From: Octopus sinensis
Lineage: Eukaryota
Length of the DNA stretch: 64,000 nucleotides
Direction: 5' to 3'
Assembly (NCBI RefSeq): GCF_006345805.1
Contig: NC_043001.1
Span: 60,016,001 to 60,080,000 of the forward strand
The notes below the pieces were generated by a model, which had not been told where the DNA came from, did no database searches, and saw nothing but the letters and a program-made list of their open reading frames with translations. Position 1 is the first letter of the stretch, and every line of letters begins with the position of its first letter. The position numbers and the translations under genes are program-made. This document shows positions 1-11,641 of the stretch, piece after piece.

Positions 1-2158
1 CTGATAAATTTAATGAAATACTAGCAGAGCCAGAGACAATGCCTGAATGGCTCACGAAAGGATAAACTATCATTATTCCCAAATCCAATGAAACGGCACA
101 CCCACAAATTTACTGACCTCTAACTTGTCTCACTAAAATTTATAAAGCCTTTACTGCAATAATATTGCAGTGTATCAGCAAGCATTTGGAAGAAAACAAG
201 CTGTTCATGAAGAACAGAAGGGATGCTGCAAGTGTTCATACGGCTGTAAATAACAGCTACTGACCAATAAATAGTTTTCCCTACACAGGGATCATAGAAA
301 CACTTGCCATGAACAAGGTAGCACCAATAATCACAAAATGTTTAACATGTTCGTTCCATAAATAAAAGGCAGACAGTGTTACAGCTCCGGACAAAAGAGG
401 GACTCATAAAAACCAAAGCCACCTCCATTAGAAGAGGAATATTCCAGGGAGACACGCTCTCTCCACTCCTTTTCTGCTAGGTACTGACACCTTTATCTGA
501 CAAGCTAAACAGAACTGGATATGGATACAACTTTTACGGTGAAACCTCTGATATATGGACCCTCTAAAACCGCATGCTACAAATGATACACAGCTGGAAA
601 CATTACTACTGACAGTACATGATTTTGCCAAAGACATAAACATTTACCAAAGAATAAACTTATTATCTTTCTTTTCATTGTATGTTTTTGGTCATTTCTG
701 GTAGGGAGGCATTGGTCTTGTGCTGTAATTAAAAGAAGAAAACTTGTTAAGAGTAGGAACATCACACCAGATAAAGCAAATAATGTAAGAGAATTAGACC
801 AAAGCCAGACATACAAATACTTATGACTCAAAAAAGCTAGGTATGATACAACAAACACAAATGAAAAAGAAAATCAAAATGAATTCTATATAAAAACAGA
901 GCACAATGCGAAAAACAAAATAATAGTTTATCAACACTCTAGCCGGCCCAGTTATAAGTTACAGCTACAATATATTTAACTGGATTCTAAATTAACTTAT
1001 TAAAGTATACAGGAAAACAAGAAAAATAACAACAGGGTTTAGGATGTACCACCCAAATTTTGTCATAGAAAGGTTATATATACAACACATCGAATACAGC
1101 TAGAAAACTATTACAAAATAACTACCATACGACTAGAAAAATACCTACTTCAGAAGCAAGAAAATCTACTTCAAATAACCACAAAACACGAACAAAACTA
1201 AAAACTGACAAATGCAAAAAAAAAGACGTCGTAGTACCTAACACGTATGAAGAAAAAGAAGAAACAAAAAATGATGTAAAACAACTGAAATCCAAACTAA
1301 TATTGGAACAGAAACAGATCATGATAAATCCAAGGTAAGAAAAAAATTCCCCTCGTGGCAAATATTGCGTTAAACTAAATAGAAAAGAAATAGACAAAGC
1401 AAAACCCAGCAATGGCTGAGAAACTCAGGAGTCAAAGAAGATAATGAAGGATTTTTTAATTGCAGCACAAGACCAATGCCTCCCAACCAGAAATTACCAA
1501 AAAACATACAAGGAAAAGAAACATAACAAGTAACTGCATAATATGAGAAGATAGACAAGAAACAATAAGCCATAATGTCTCTGGCTGTCCAACCATTGCT
1601 AAGAAGGAATATATTCACAGACACGGGTTGGAATCTATATACACTGGAAGCCAAGCTAACACTATGGAATAACAAGAGAATTAAGATGGTATAGGCACAC
1701 ACCAGAAAAGGTCATAGGAAATGAGAAAGCAGCTTTACTAAGAAATATGCCAATACACAAAGATAGAGAAATTAAGGCTTATAGGCCGGATATAGTTGCC
1801 AGAGGTTAAGATAAAAAATGCTTTCTTAATCGATGTATCGATACCAACAGGTTACAGTATTTCTCTAAAAGAAACGGAGATACTTTCAAAATACAAAGAT
1901 CTGGAAATAGAAGTAACTCGAATGTGGAGCCTATAAAAATATTCAGACAAATACATAACTAAAACACCAGGACTAACAAGTATATATAACATAGAGAAAA
2001 ATAACAATACTAGACACCGCACACATGCTAAGTAAAACACTTTCAATACATTAACAATGTATCACAATGTATCACAAAAAACCACAGCATACACCCAGGC
2101 ACATAGAGCTGCGCTCGGCAGTGCACTGGAATCACGAGATAACTATAAGACTACTCTG
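1..2158 (+). mobile_element. R4/Dong-clade RLE non-LTR retrotransposon, family alpha, heavily decayed (copy A; 5' part lies outside the window)
   Basis: Frameshifted RT (NEILAEPETMPEWLTKG...EEQKG...FQGD-like region), CCHC knuckle at about 1530-1600 and PD..D endonuclease at about 1780-1850. Colinear with 14270-18497(-). 3' UTR AGAGCTGCGCTCGG ends CTCTG|AATAAT. Confidence 0.85.
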
Positions 2159-2201
2159 AATAATAATAATAATAATAATATTAATAATAATAATAATAAT
2201 A

Positions 2202-2243
<42 letters not shown>

Positions 2244-2477
2244 GGAAAGGGAAAGAAAAAAAAGTAAACAGGTTTGACCTCTCCTGTCCATTAATGTCCT
2301 TTGTCTCTTGGGCTATCTCTCCACCATCTGCTGAATCTATTTATAGACCCATATAGCATGACCTCATTACCAACTACTTCCCCAAACAATGGTAATAGTG
2401 GTGGTGATGGTGATAATGATAAAAACAAAAATAACAATAATATGATACTGCTGTGACTACACATAAAACAATATCAT

Positions 2478-2516
<39 letters not shown>

Positions 2517-2567
2517 CGATGATGATGATGATGCTGATGAGGATGATGATAATAATAATAGTAATAA

Positions 2568-2663
<96 letters not shown>

Positions 2664-2672
2664 CAATAATAA
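2159..2672 (+). repeat. (AAT)n and (ATG)n/(AAT)n microsatellite blocks with an approximately 240-bp non-repetitive spacer
   Basis: Read directly from the sequence. Confidence 0.95.
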
Positions 2673-5600
2673 CTGACAGATCCTTTTTCCCCAGTATTTT
2701 ATTCTCATTTTTTCGAACTAATACAGGCAGAGTGAACCTTTTATAAGTTTAAAAGAGGAGGGGGAAAAAGGTAAGAAAGGGGGAAAAAAACTACGTTCGG
2801 AGATAAAACTATCAACAAAAATAATACAGACGAATACAGATCTGCTAGCCTTAAGAAGCTGCGCTACGAGCAATGTTTACGTGTAGAGAACCCTAAACTG
2901 ACAGATCAATCTCCTAATGTAAGAGTGGAAGCTCGTCATGCTTCAATGTCAACAAAACAAACTACAAACCGCAATGGTCAACGCACGGATTACAAAAGAC
3001 CACGTACCCGAAAATTGAACCAAATTCTGATTGAAAATCAGCTACTGGATCAATTCTTCCCAACACACAGGAGCTGGACGTACCCCACAACCGGAATATT
3101 TCAACAGATGGCCATCCATGATCGTCGCCAAATAATCAAAAGAAAAAGAAGGAAAAATGGTCTAGGGAAGATAATAAAGAAGTTCTTGCGGCCTTCTACC
3201 ATGCCATATATTTCCCCACATACAAATCTAACACTGTACAAACATACTTAAACTGGAGACAGAAACATCCTGAAGCAAGACCCTACGTAGACAGTAACAA
3301 ACTTGCCAACGTCAGAAGAAACATTATTAAAAAAAATTACTGACTGAAGTAGAGATTGATCAAGTTAGACAAGCAGTAACGGATAAAATGAACGAAGCTG
3401 CAGCTAGAGAAGATAATACAGAGGAAATAATTATAGACCAGCCCAGGGCTGATAAAAACTAAGTAAGGATTGAAAGAGTTAGTATAAGTGATAGGCAAAG
3501 TGAAATACTTCCTGAACCAATCATAAACACTAAGACAGATGAACATCAAATAGATAAAGAAAGTCACACAAATATTGACCCAACAGAACTACATGAGCTA
3601 AAAAATCAAATCATGATTGAATGGCTGAAAATTAAAGGAACCAACATGGATGAACGCGATACACTACCTAAAATCCGCAACTCTAACCAAAACATGAAAA
3701 TAATTGGTAAAATCCGGCTTGCACTTAAGGATATAATTTCAGCTAATGATGTTGATATCACAGATCTCAACCACCTATACTATGCATCCACGAAAATCTC
3801 AACGATCCTATGTGGTGAAAAGATTAGAAAACGGCAACATTCCCACAAAAAGCCTTCTTGGCAAGAGCGTTTGCAACAAGAAATTAAACTATTTAGATCT
3901 GACATTGAATATTTGAAAAACCTTAAGGTTCACAAGACTACCAAACCTAAAAAAACCCAAGAATTAATGAAAAAATATATGAAAACTATACTTGATATTG
4001 ATGCCACCATAGAAATCATCAAGCAAAAGGTATCTGCTAAAGCTTCCCGATAGTGAGGTATGCAAAGCGTGTAAGATTTTTCAAGGACAACAATATGTTT
4101 AAAAATAACCCAAAAAATTTTTACAGGAAGATAGGAAAAACACCAGTTACTGTAAAGAAGTGCAGGGATTTTGGAATAAAATTTGGACAGAAGAAAAAAC
4201 ACACAACAAAAAGGCTCCCTGGATTGACAGAATATCTAGACTGGACTCCTTAGAAGAGCAAAAGTGGGAGTGTGTCACGGTAGAAGATATAAGATCTGCT
4301 CTCAGGAGGTCAAGCAAATGGAAGTCTCCAGGAAAGGATAAAATTTCTAACTTCTGGTTGAATGCCTTCCCAGAGAGCCATGAACTGCTAACAGAACTTT
4401 ACAATGATGTTTTGTAACATCCCTAGTAGGATGCCTCCTTGTCTAGTAATGGGTTAACATTCCTGCTTCCAAAAAGTGAAGAAACAAATGAACCAAAAAA
4501 CTATAGACCCATAAACTTCTTAACAACTATGTATTAAACGCTAACATCTGTCCTGACGGAATATACTTATAGTTTTTTAACAGACAGCAGCATATTCCCT
4601 AATGAACAGAAAGGATGTAAACGTGGATCCTATGGTTGTAAAGATTAACTACTCATCAATAAGATGATCTTAGAAGATTGTCACAAACGACACAAAAACT
4701 TATCAATAGCCTGGATAGACTATAAAAAGGCTTTTGATAGCCTACCACATAGTTGGATTAAGAAATGCCTAGAAATGTATAAGATAGCACCTACTCTGCG
4801 AAACTTTTTGACTGTGAGTATGAGATCATGGAGAACCACACTAAATTTGAACAGTGACAATGAATCTCTAAATGCTGGTGATGTGAAAATTTCATGTGGC
4901 ATTTTCCAGGGTGACTCACTATCACCACTCCTCTTCTGTTTAGCCTTAATACCTCTCTCAAAACTGCTCAATGACGCGCAGTACGGATATAAAATGTTTG
5001 ATAAAAATATAAATAATTTACAATATAAATATTTACATGGATGATTTAAACCTTTTTTGCAAAAAATGATCAACAACTCAAGGGCTTACTAGCGATTGTC
5101 AAACAATTCAGTGACGACATCAGAATGCAATTTGGCCTCGATAAATGTGCAAAAGCTACTTTTATCAAAGGAAAAATGACAGAAACATCAAACGTTAACC
5201 TTGACCAACAGAATGTCATAAAAGAATTAGACCCAGCGGAGAGCTACAAGTACCTAGAGGTAATTGAAGGGGACGGAATAAGGCATTCAGAGATGAAGGA
5301 GAGAATGTTATCGAAGAGTGAGAGCAACACTCAAGACAGAGCTGAATGCAAGAAACAGGATCGAAGCAATCAATGCATTAGCCGTATCAGTCGTGACTTA
5401 CAGTTTCAATATCGTTAACTGGTCAATTACTGAAATATGTCAGCTTGACAGAAAAATACGAAAACTGTTGACAATGCATAGAATGCACCACCCTAAGGCA
5501 GATACAGAACGACTTTATCTGCCAAGAAAAGGGGGAGGCCGTGGTCTTTTACAACTGGCAATAGCAACGAAGATTGCTACAATTGGCCTAGACACCTAAC

Positions 5601-6765
5601 TGAAAAAGTCTGAGGACTGGATGTTATAACTTGTCTCAAAACATGAAAACAAGAAAGCATCATACTCAGTAACAAAACAGGCAAAGGAATATCTAAGTGA
5701 ATTTCGAATACAACAAATTTCGGAATTAGAGATAGACATACAAGAAACAAGCACAGAAAAAGATAAGCGCATGAAAACCCGTGCTAAAACTGCGGCCTTA
5801 GATATTTTGAAAGACAAATGGCAAGAAAAACCTCTCTATGGCAAATACCCAAAGAGAGCGAATAATGCAGATATTGACCCATCAATGGCTAATGGCTTCT
5901 GGCTTAAAATCTGTAACAGAAAGGTATATCATAGCAGCTCAAGATCAATGCCTACCAACAAGAAACTACAAGGCCAACATCTTAAAGAACGGTAGTAGCC
6001 CAACATGTCGTGTGTGTCGACAACAAAATGAAACCATTGATCATGTTGTCTCCAAGTGCAGTCTTCTAGCGCCTACAGAGTATCTCAACAGGCATGATAG
6101 AGCTGCACAATATATTCACTGGGTAATTTACAAAAACCTGGATTTGCCCCATGATAAAAACTGGTGGGAACACAAACCACCTCCAGTGCTTGAAAATGAG
6201 CACATCTCACTCCTCTGGACCTTCATCATTCAAACTGAAAGATAGATGCAAATAGGCCAGACATCTTATTGAAAGACTTCAGACAAAGAACATTTCTCCT
6301 CATTGATATGACTGTTCCAATCGATATAAACGTATCTGTCAAGACCTACCAAAAACTGAGCAAATATAAAGATATGGAAATAGAAATCAGCAAAATGAGG
6401 AACCTGAAGACTAAAACAATACCTGTTGTCATAGGTGCCCTGGGAATGGTAGCGCAAAGGGGCTGATTGCTACCTAACTCAGATACCAGGAAACCCCAAA
6501 ATGGCAGAAATTCAAAAGGTAGTGCTCATGGGAACTGCTCATATCCTACGCAAAATACTCTCTATGTAATCTCAAGGTTTAAAGCAAACAATTTAAAAAA
6601 AAATTTATTTATTAGACATTCACTAGTACAACATCAAAAAAACACCCCAAAATATATGGCACACTAGGCATAACAACAACGTGAACTTCCCACCTGCTGT
6701 CTCTTGAGGTCCCTGGGTGAGACTTGGAACCAACTTGTACAAACATAAAGCAAAATCAAACATAG
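2673..6765 (+). mobile_element. Near full-length R4/Dong-clade retrotransposon, family beta (copy B), ORF broken by stops and frameshifts
   Basis: RT motifs WIDYKKAFDS, GIFQGDSLSPLLF and YMDD (about 5035); CRVCRQQNETIDHVVSKC...HD knuckle; RPDI...LIDMTVP...K..KY restriction-like endonuclease. Flanked by triplet repeats on both sides. Confidence 0.92.
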
Positions 6766-6792
6766 AAGAAGAAGAAGAAGAAGAAGAAGAAC

Positions 6793-6873
<81 letters not shown>

Positions 6874-6894
6874 AATAATAATAATAATAATAAC

Positions 6895-6938
<44 letters not shown>

Positions 6939-7035
6939 CAACAACAACAACAATAATAATAACAACAACAACAATAACAACAACAACAACAATAATAATA
7001 ATAACAACAACAACAACAACAACAATAACAATAAC

Positions 7036-7087
<52 letters not shown>

Positions 7088-7188
7088 TAATAATAATAAT
7101 AATAATAATAATGATGATGATGATGATGATGACGACGACGACGACGACGACCATGATGATGATGATGATGATAATGATGATGATGATG

Positions 7189-7240
<52 letters not shown>

Positions 7241-7250
7241 TAATAATAAT
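6766..7250 (+). repeat. Compound microsatellite (AAG)(AAT)(AAC)(ATG)(ACG)(AAT)
   Basis: Read directly from the sequence. Confidence 0.95.
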
Positions 7251-7512
7251 ACAGAAACAATTCCTATCATAATAGGAGCATTAGGCATGATAAAAAAAAT
7301 ATTCAAACAAATACATAACAAAAGCACCAGGACTTACAAACACATATAACATACAGAAAATTGCACTACTGGGCACTGCACACATCCTCTGCAGAACATT
7401 TTCCATACCATAACCATCAGAGCATCACAGCAAATCACAGCACATACCCAAGGCACACAGAGCTGCGCTCGGTATTATAGTGAAAGCACGCTATAAAAAA
7501 TATACTATTGGA
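7251..7512 (+). mobile_element. 5'-truncated 3' end of Dong family alpha (copy C)
   Basis: ETIPIIIGALGMIK...ALLGTAHIL C-terminus and the 3' UTR match 14270-14520(-) and 1930-2158. Confidence 0.88.
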
Positions 7513-7529
7513 TTATAACAATAATAATG

Positions 7530-7574
<45 letters not shown>

Positions 7575-7586
7575 TAATAATAATAA

Positions 7587-8142
7587 ATGCCCTGATACAG
7601 TACCAGGCATTGGCTCTCATGGCTTCTGATCTTAACTGATTGGAAGTGTTATCATGTACATTGTTTTGTCTTGGTATAAAAGATGGGCTACAGCAAATAT
7701 TCTGCTCAATACCACAGATTTGCTTGTCAGTTGTTTTACCTTAACCAGTTGAGCATGTCCCTTAGTGGCTGACGATATGTGCATCTCTGATCACGAGCAG
7801 AAGTAGTGGGGGAGCATCATAGCCATGTGTTGAGAGGGATTCTTTGGGGTTTGAATAATTCACCTCTGGAAACATGGGTGGTTCTTTCAACATCCTTAAA
7901 CAACCCTTATTCAGGGACCTTTTGAGCAGGATGGGCTACTCAACCTGAAGAAAATTCTAAATGGGCCCCAACTGCAAGGTCATGTGCTGTTTATCTTGAT
8001 ATGAGATCACCATGTCGCGCACATATGGTTCTGATGCATGTGCCTGGTGTACCCTTATCAGACGGGTAGTCATGATGGGTATATTGGGCTTCGTATATTT
8101 TACCCCAGTGTCACTTTGATGGCATGAACTGCTCTCTCACTC
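7587..8142. mobile_element. 556-bp non-coding insert between (AAT)n tracts; probable non-autonomous repeat
   Basis: Sharp borders with (AAT)n on both sides (7513-7586, 8143-8203), higher GC than surroundings, no ORF of 60 aa or more. Confidence 0.55.
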
Positions 8143-8155
8143 AATAATAATAATA

Positions 8156-8205
<50 letters not shown>

Positions 8206-8594
8206 GCCTCAAATATACCTACATATGTTTATACTGCATCGATTAATAACCTTTGCAATTGCAACTTTACTATAATACTGCTGCGCTTTCTTCAGAGTCT
8301 TCATTGTTTAAAATTTAATGTTGATTTTTTTGAGTTCTATGATGTTGATTTGTATGCTAATTTAAACACAAATTTTCTTTAATTCAATATTACATTCAGT
8401 TATTTCAAAATAGTTCTTGTTTAAATGTTTGTAACTTATTTATATTGTGCAAAGATAAATTTTATCACATGCAAGCATATAATAAACTTCAGATGTAAAA
8501 CTTTGCTCAAAGTGTTCTATATAGCGGTCACATTTATTAGTTCCCCTTCTGTTTGGTTTTGCAGCACCAATTAATTTCTAATTTTGAATGGATC

Positions 8595-9473
8595 TAGCCT
8601 AGGACCAATAAGTATAACCATACTCTCTTCCTTCAGGGGAACCGCTCACATCCTCTAACAATATCAGAGACCTGGGTGTAATTGTTGATGACGATCTCAG
8701 TTGGAGTGCACACATCAACAAGAAGGTCGAAATAGCTCGTAGGATGAGTTCCTGGATCTTAAGAACTTTCCGGTCCAGAGAACAAGGTGTCATCATACCA
8801 CTTTTTTCCTCCTTTGTACGGCCACACCTTGAATACTGCTGCCCACTGTGGTCTCCTCACACAAGACAAAACATCTCCAGAATTGAGTCACCCCAGAGGG
8901 CTCTCACTAAACAAATTGAAGGCATGGCTGCTCTCGATTATTGGGATCGCCTTAAAGCCTTGAAACTTTACTCCCTCCAGCGTCGCCGTGAGCGGTACAT
9001 CATTTGTACGATGTGAAAAATATACCGCCAACTTTGCCCAAACGACCTAAACATTAGCTTCAAGGTTCATCCAAGACTTGGACCACGGGCTATACGTCCC
9101 CTGCCAAATTCAAGATCACAACATACACGTACACTGCAACATAATTTCTTTTCCTCAACAGGCCCTGCCCTATTTAACATTGTCCCGAGGGAGATCAAAG
9201 AGGAAAAGGATCCCATCAGCTTCAAACAGAGTCTGGATAAATTCCTTCAAAGAATACCAGATAAGCCACCCATAATTGGATACAACTCACCCAACAAGAA
9301 CTCACTACTTGAACAAAACTGGATACAACTCACCCAACAAGAACTCACTACTTGAACAAAACTTGACTTAAACAGGATTCGAATAATCCTACCAGGTGGT
9401 GCTATTAAGTTAGACATGACCTGGACCAATCTCTGGTCGAAACATATCTAAGTTTTATCTAAGTCTAAGTTTT
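8595..9473 (+). mobile_element. CR1-group LINE 3' fragment (RT C-terminus plus 3' UTR)
   Basis: IRDLGVIVDDDLSWSAHI...FVRPHLEYCCPLWSPH...LYSLQRRRER; tandem CTAAGT tail; 42-bp tandem duplication at about 9279-9363. Confidence 0.88.
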
Positions 9474-9522
9474 ATATATACATATATATATATATATATA
9501 CTTATTGGTCCTAGGCTATATA

Positions 9523-9576
<54 letters not shown>

Positions 9577-9589
9577 GGATATATATATA

Positions 9590-9655
<66 letters not shown>

Positions 9656-9720
9656 ATATACATACATATATATATATGCATATACGTATATATATGTATA
9701 TATGTATATATGTATATATG

Positions 9721-9765
<45 letters not shown>

Positions 9766-9774
9766 ACACATGTA

Positions 9775-9825
<51 letters not shown>

Positions 9826-9833
9826 GTATATAC
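9474..9833. repeat. (TA)n/(TG)n microsatellite
   Basis: Read directly from the sequence. Confidence 0.95.
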
Positions 9834-10686
9834 TAGATTTCCTCCCCAAACGATTTAGACCGGAAGAATTTCACTGGTACCTACTGTTTTCTTTGAATTC
9901 CTTTCATTTTTCTTTTTGTTTAATTTGTTCTTTTTACACTGTCTTACTTTACCTCATCTCTTCTTATTTCCTTTTATTTATCTTCTGGTTTACTTTTATA
10001 CACTATATTCTTAGACACTATATTTTTATATACATTATTTTATCTTTGACGCCAGTCTAATTTCCTCCCTCACTCTGTCTAGCTCTCTTTTTATCCATTA
10101 ATTTTTCTTTCTTTTTACCACTTAATAACCACCACTGCTATCATTCTGTTATTGAGCGTTGATCGTTCGCGTCTTTTTTCTGGATGTTTACACTGTCAGG
10201 AATTTAACCCTCATAGATTTACACAGGATTGCACCTAAGGACTTACGGACTTCCTTCTACACGATCGGAAAGTTGAACTGTGAGCTTTTGTGCCTCTTTT
10301 TTCTTCCCTTTCTTCATGCGCTTATTCCTTCTCTCCTGTCCTCTATGTCGTCATTTCATTTATGTATACCTTCTCATTTTCTCTGACGGAATATTCCATA
10401 CTCTGGGATATCCCAGAAACAGCTGTGAGATTTTGTATTTTTGTCTAATAATAATAGTGTATATGACTTGAAATATTTGCCTTGCCTTAAGATCTGTTGT
10501 CGTCTTTAACAACTATATATCTGCTATGTCGGAAATCTTCAATTGCTCCGTAACTACCGTCTCGGCTATAACCTTGAAGTCCTAGTAATCCGCTACATCA
10601 CTTACATAGCGTCCATAGTCGTTTAGATTGCCTGTGAATTAAACCCACATATTTTATATATATGCCTATATATATATATATATATA

Positions 10687-10937
10687 CTGTTGTGTCTGAG
10701 GAGAGTCATTCTCTTTTAGTGCCTTATTATTTAACACACTCACCGGTAAAATTTCAACTTTATTTTTCCTAAAATTTTCGTTGCGTCTTGCAACCTTTTC
10801 AATAGTCTTGACTCTTGAAAAGGTTGCAACTAAACTTTTAGGAAAATAAAAAAAATAAAAGAAAAGGGGAAATTTTACCGGTGAGTGTGTTAAATAATAA
10901 GGCACTAAAAGAGAATGACTCTCCCCAGACACAACAG
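10687..10937. mobile_element. 251-bp foldback palindrome, MITE-like
   Basis: 68-bp arms 10687-10754 and 10870-10937 with 1 mismatch; inner perfect 15-bp IR at 10788-10802/10815-10829. Confidence 0.75.
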
Positions 10938-11019
10938 AATATGCTTCAACACACGAACTCATATAAAAAATCTTGCAAACCAAATCCCAAAACGATATAT
11001 ACATATACATATATATATA

Positions 11020-11050
<31 letters not shown>

Positions 11051-11096
11051 AATATACATATATGAGAATATTATCGTTTATCATAATATCAGAAAC

Positions 11097-11641
11097 CATA
11101 AGGTAAAATATTACCAATGAATAATTAAGTGTACTAACAGGCTAACAGGCAGTACCGGCATGTTAAATATAGCAGTCAAAATTACTAAACCATAAGTTTC
11201 CAATTAAACACAAAGGTAAAGCGGGAGAATGAATAAATGCCTTAAGATCCCGTAACAATGACTAAAATAATGGGAAATTGAAAATGTCAGACATACCCGT
11301 ATCACCATGATTTCGAATATTGAGAAATACTCTTAGTTTATCGTCAGCGAGTCTTATTGAGTCCAGGGCTGTAGAGTTTATTCATCTCAACGAATGTGTG
11401 CGATGAGCGTTTTTAATGCCGCACCAAATTTAAAAGGCATTGGAATTGAATAGAAATTATCAAAATATATATGACATTATTGTTTATAATAATATCAATA
11501 TTTTACCGTGTGTAAAAAAAGACTCATAAAGGTAAAAATTACCAATTAATAGTTAAGGGTACTAACAGGCAGTACCGGCATTCTATGTATAGCAGTCAAA
11601 ATAACTGAACCACAAGTTTTCACTTAAACTCAAAGGTGAAC
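11097..11641. repeat. Approximately 120-bp imperfect direct repeat (11097-11222 and 11525-11641)
   Basis: Shared GGTAAAA..TTACCAAT..GTACTAACAGGCAGTACCGGCAT..ATAGCAGTCAAAAT..CAAAGGT. Confidence 0.8.
11295..11352 (-). ncRNA. Type I hammerhead ribozyme-like motif with an 8-nt insertion before helix II
   Basis: ACTCG-CTGACGA-(TAAACTAA)-GAGTATT/AATATTC-GAAA-TCA.TGA-TA-CGGGT; helices I, II and III all pair. Confidence 0.45.
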
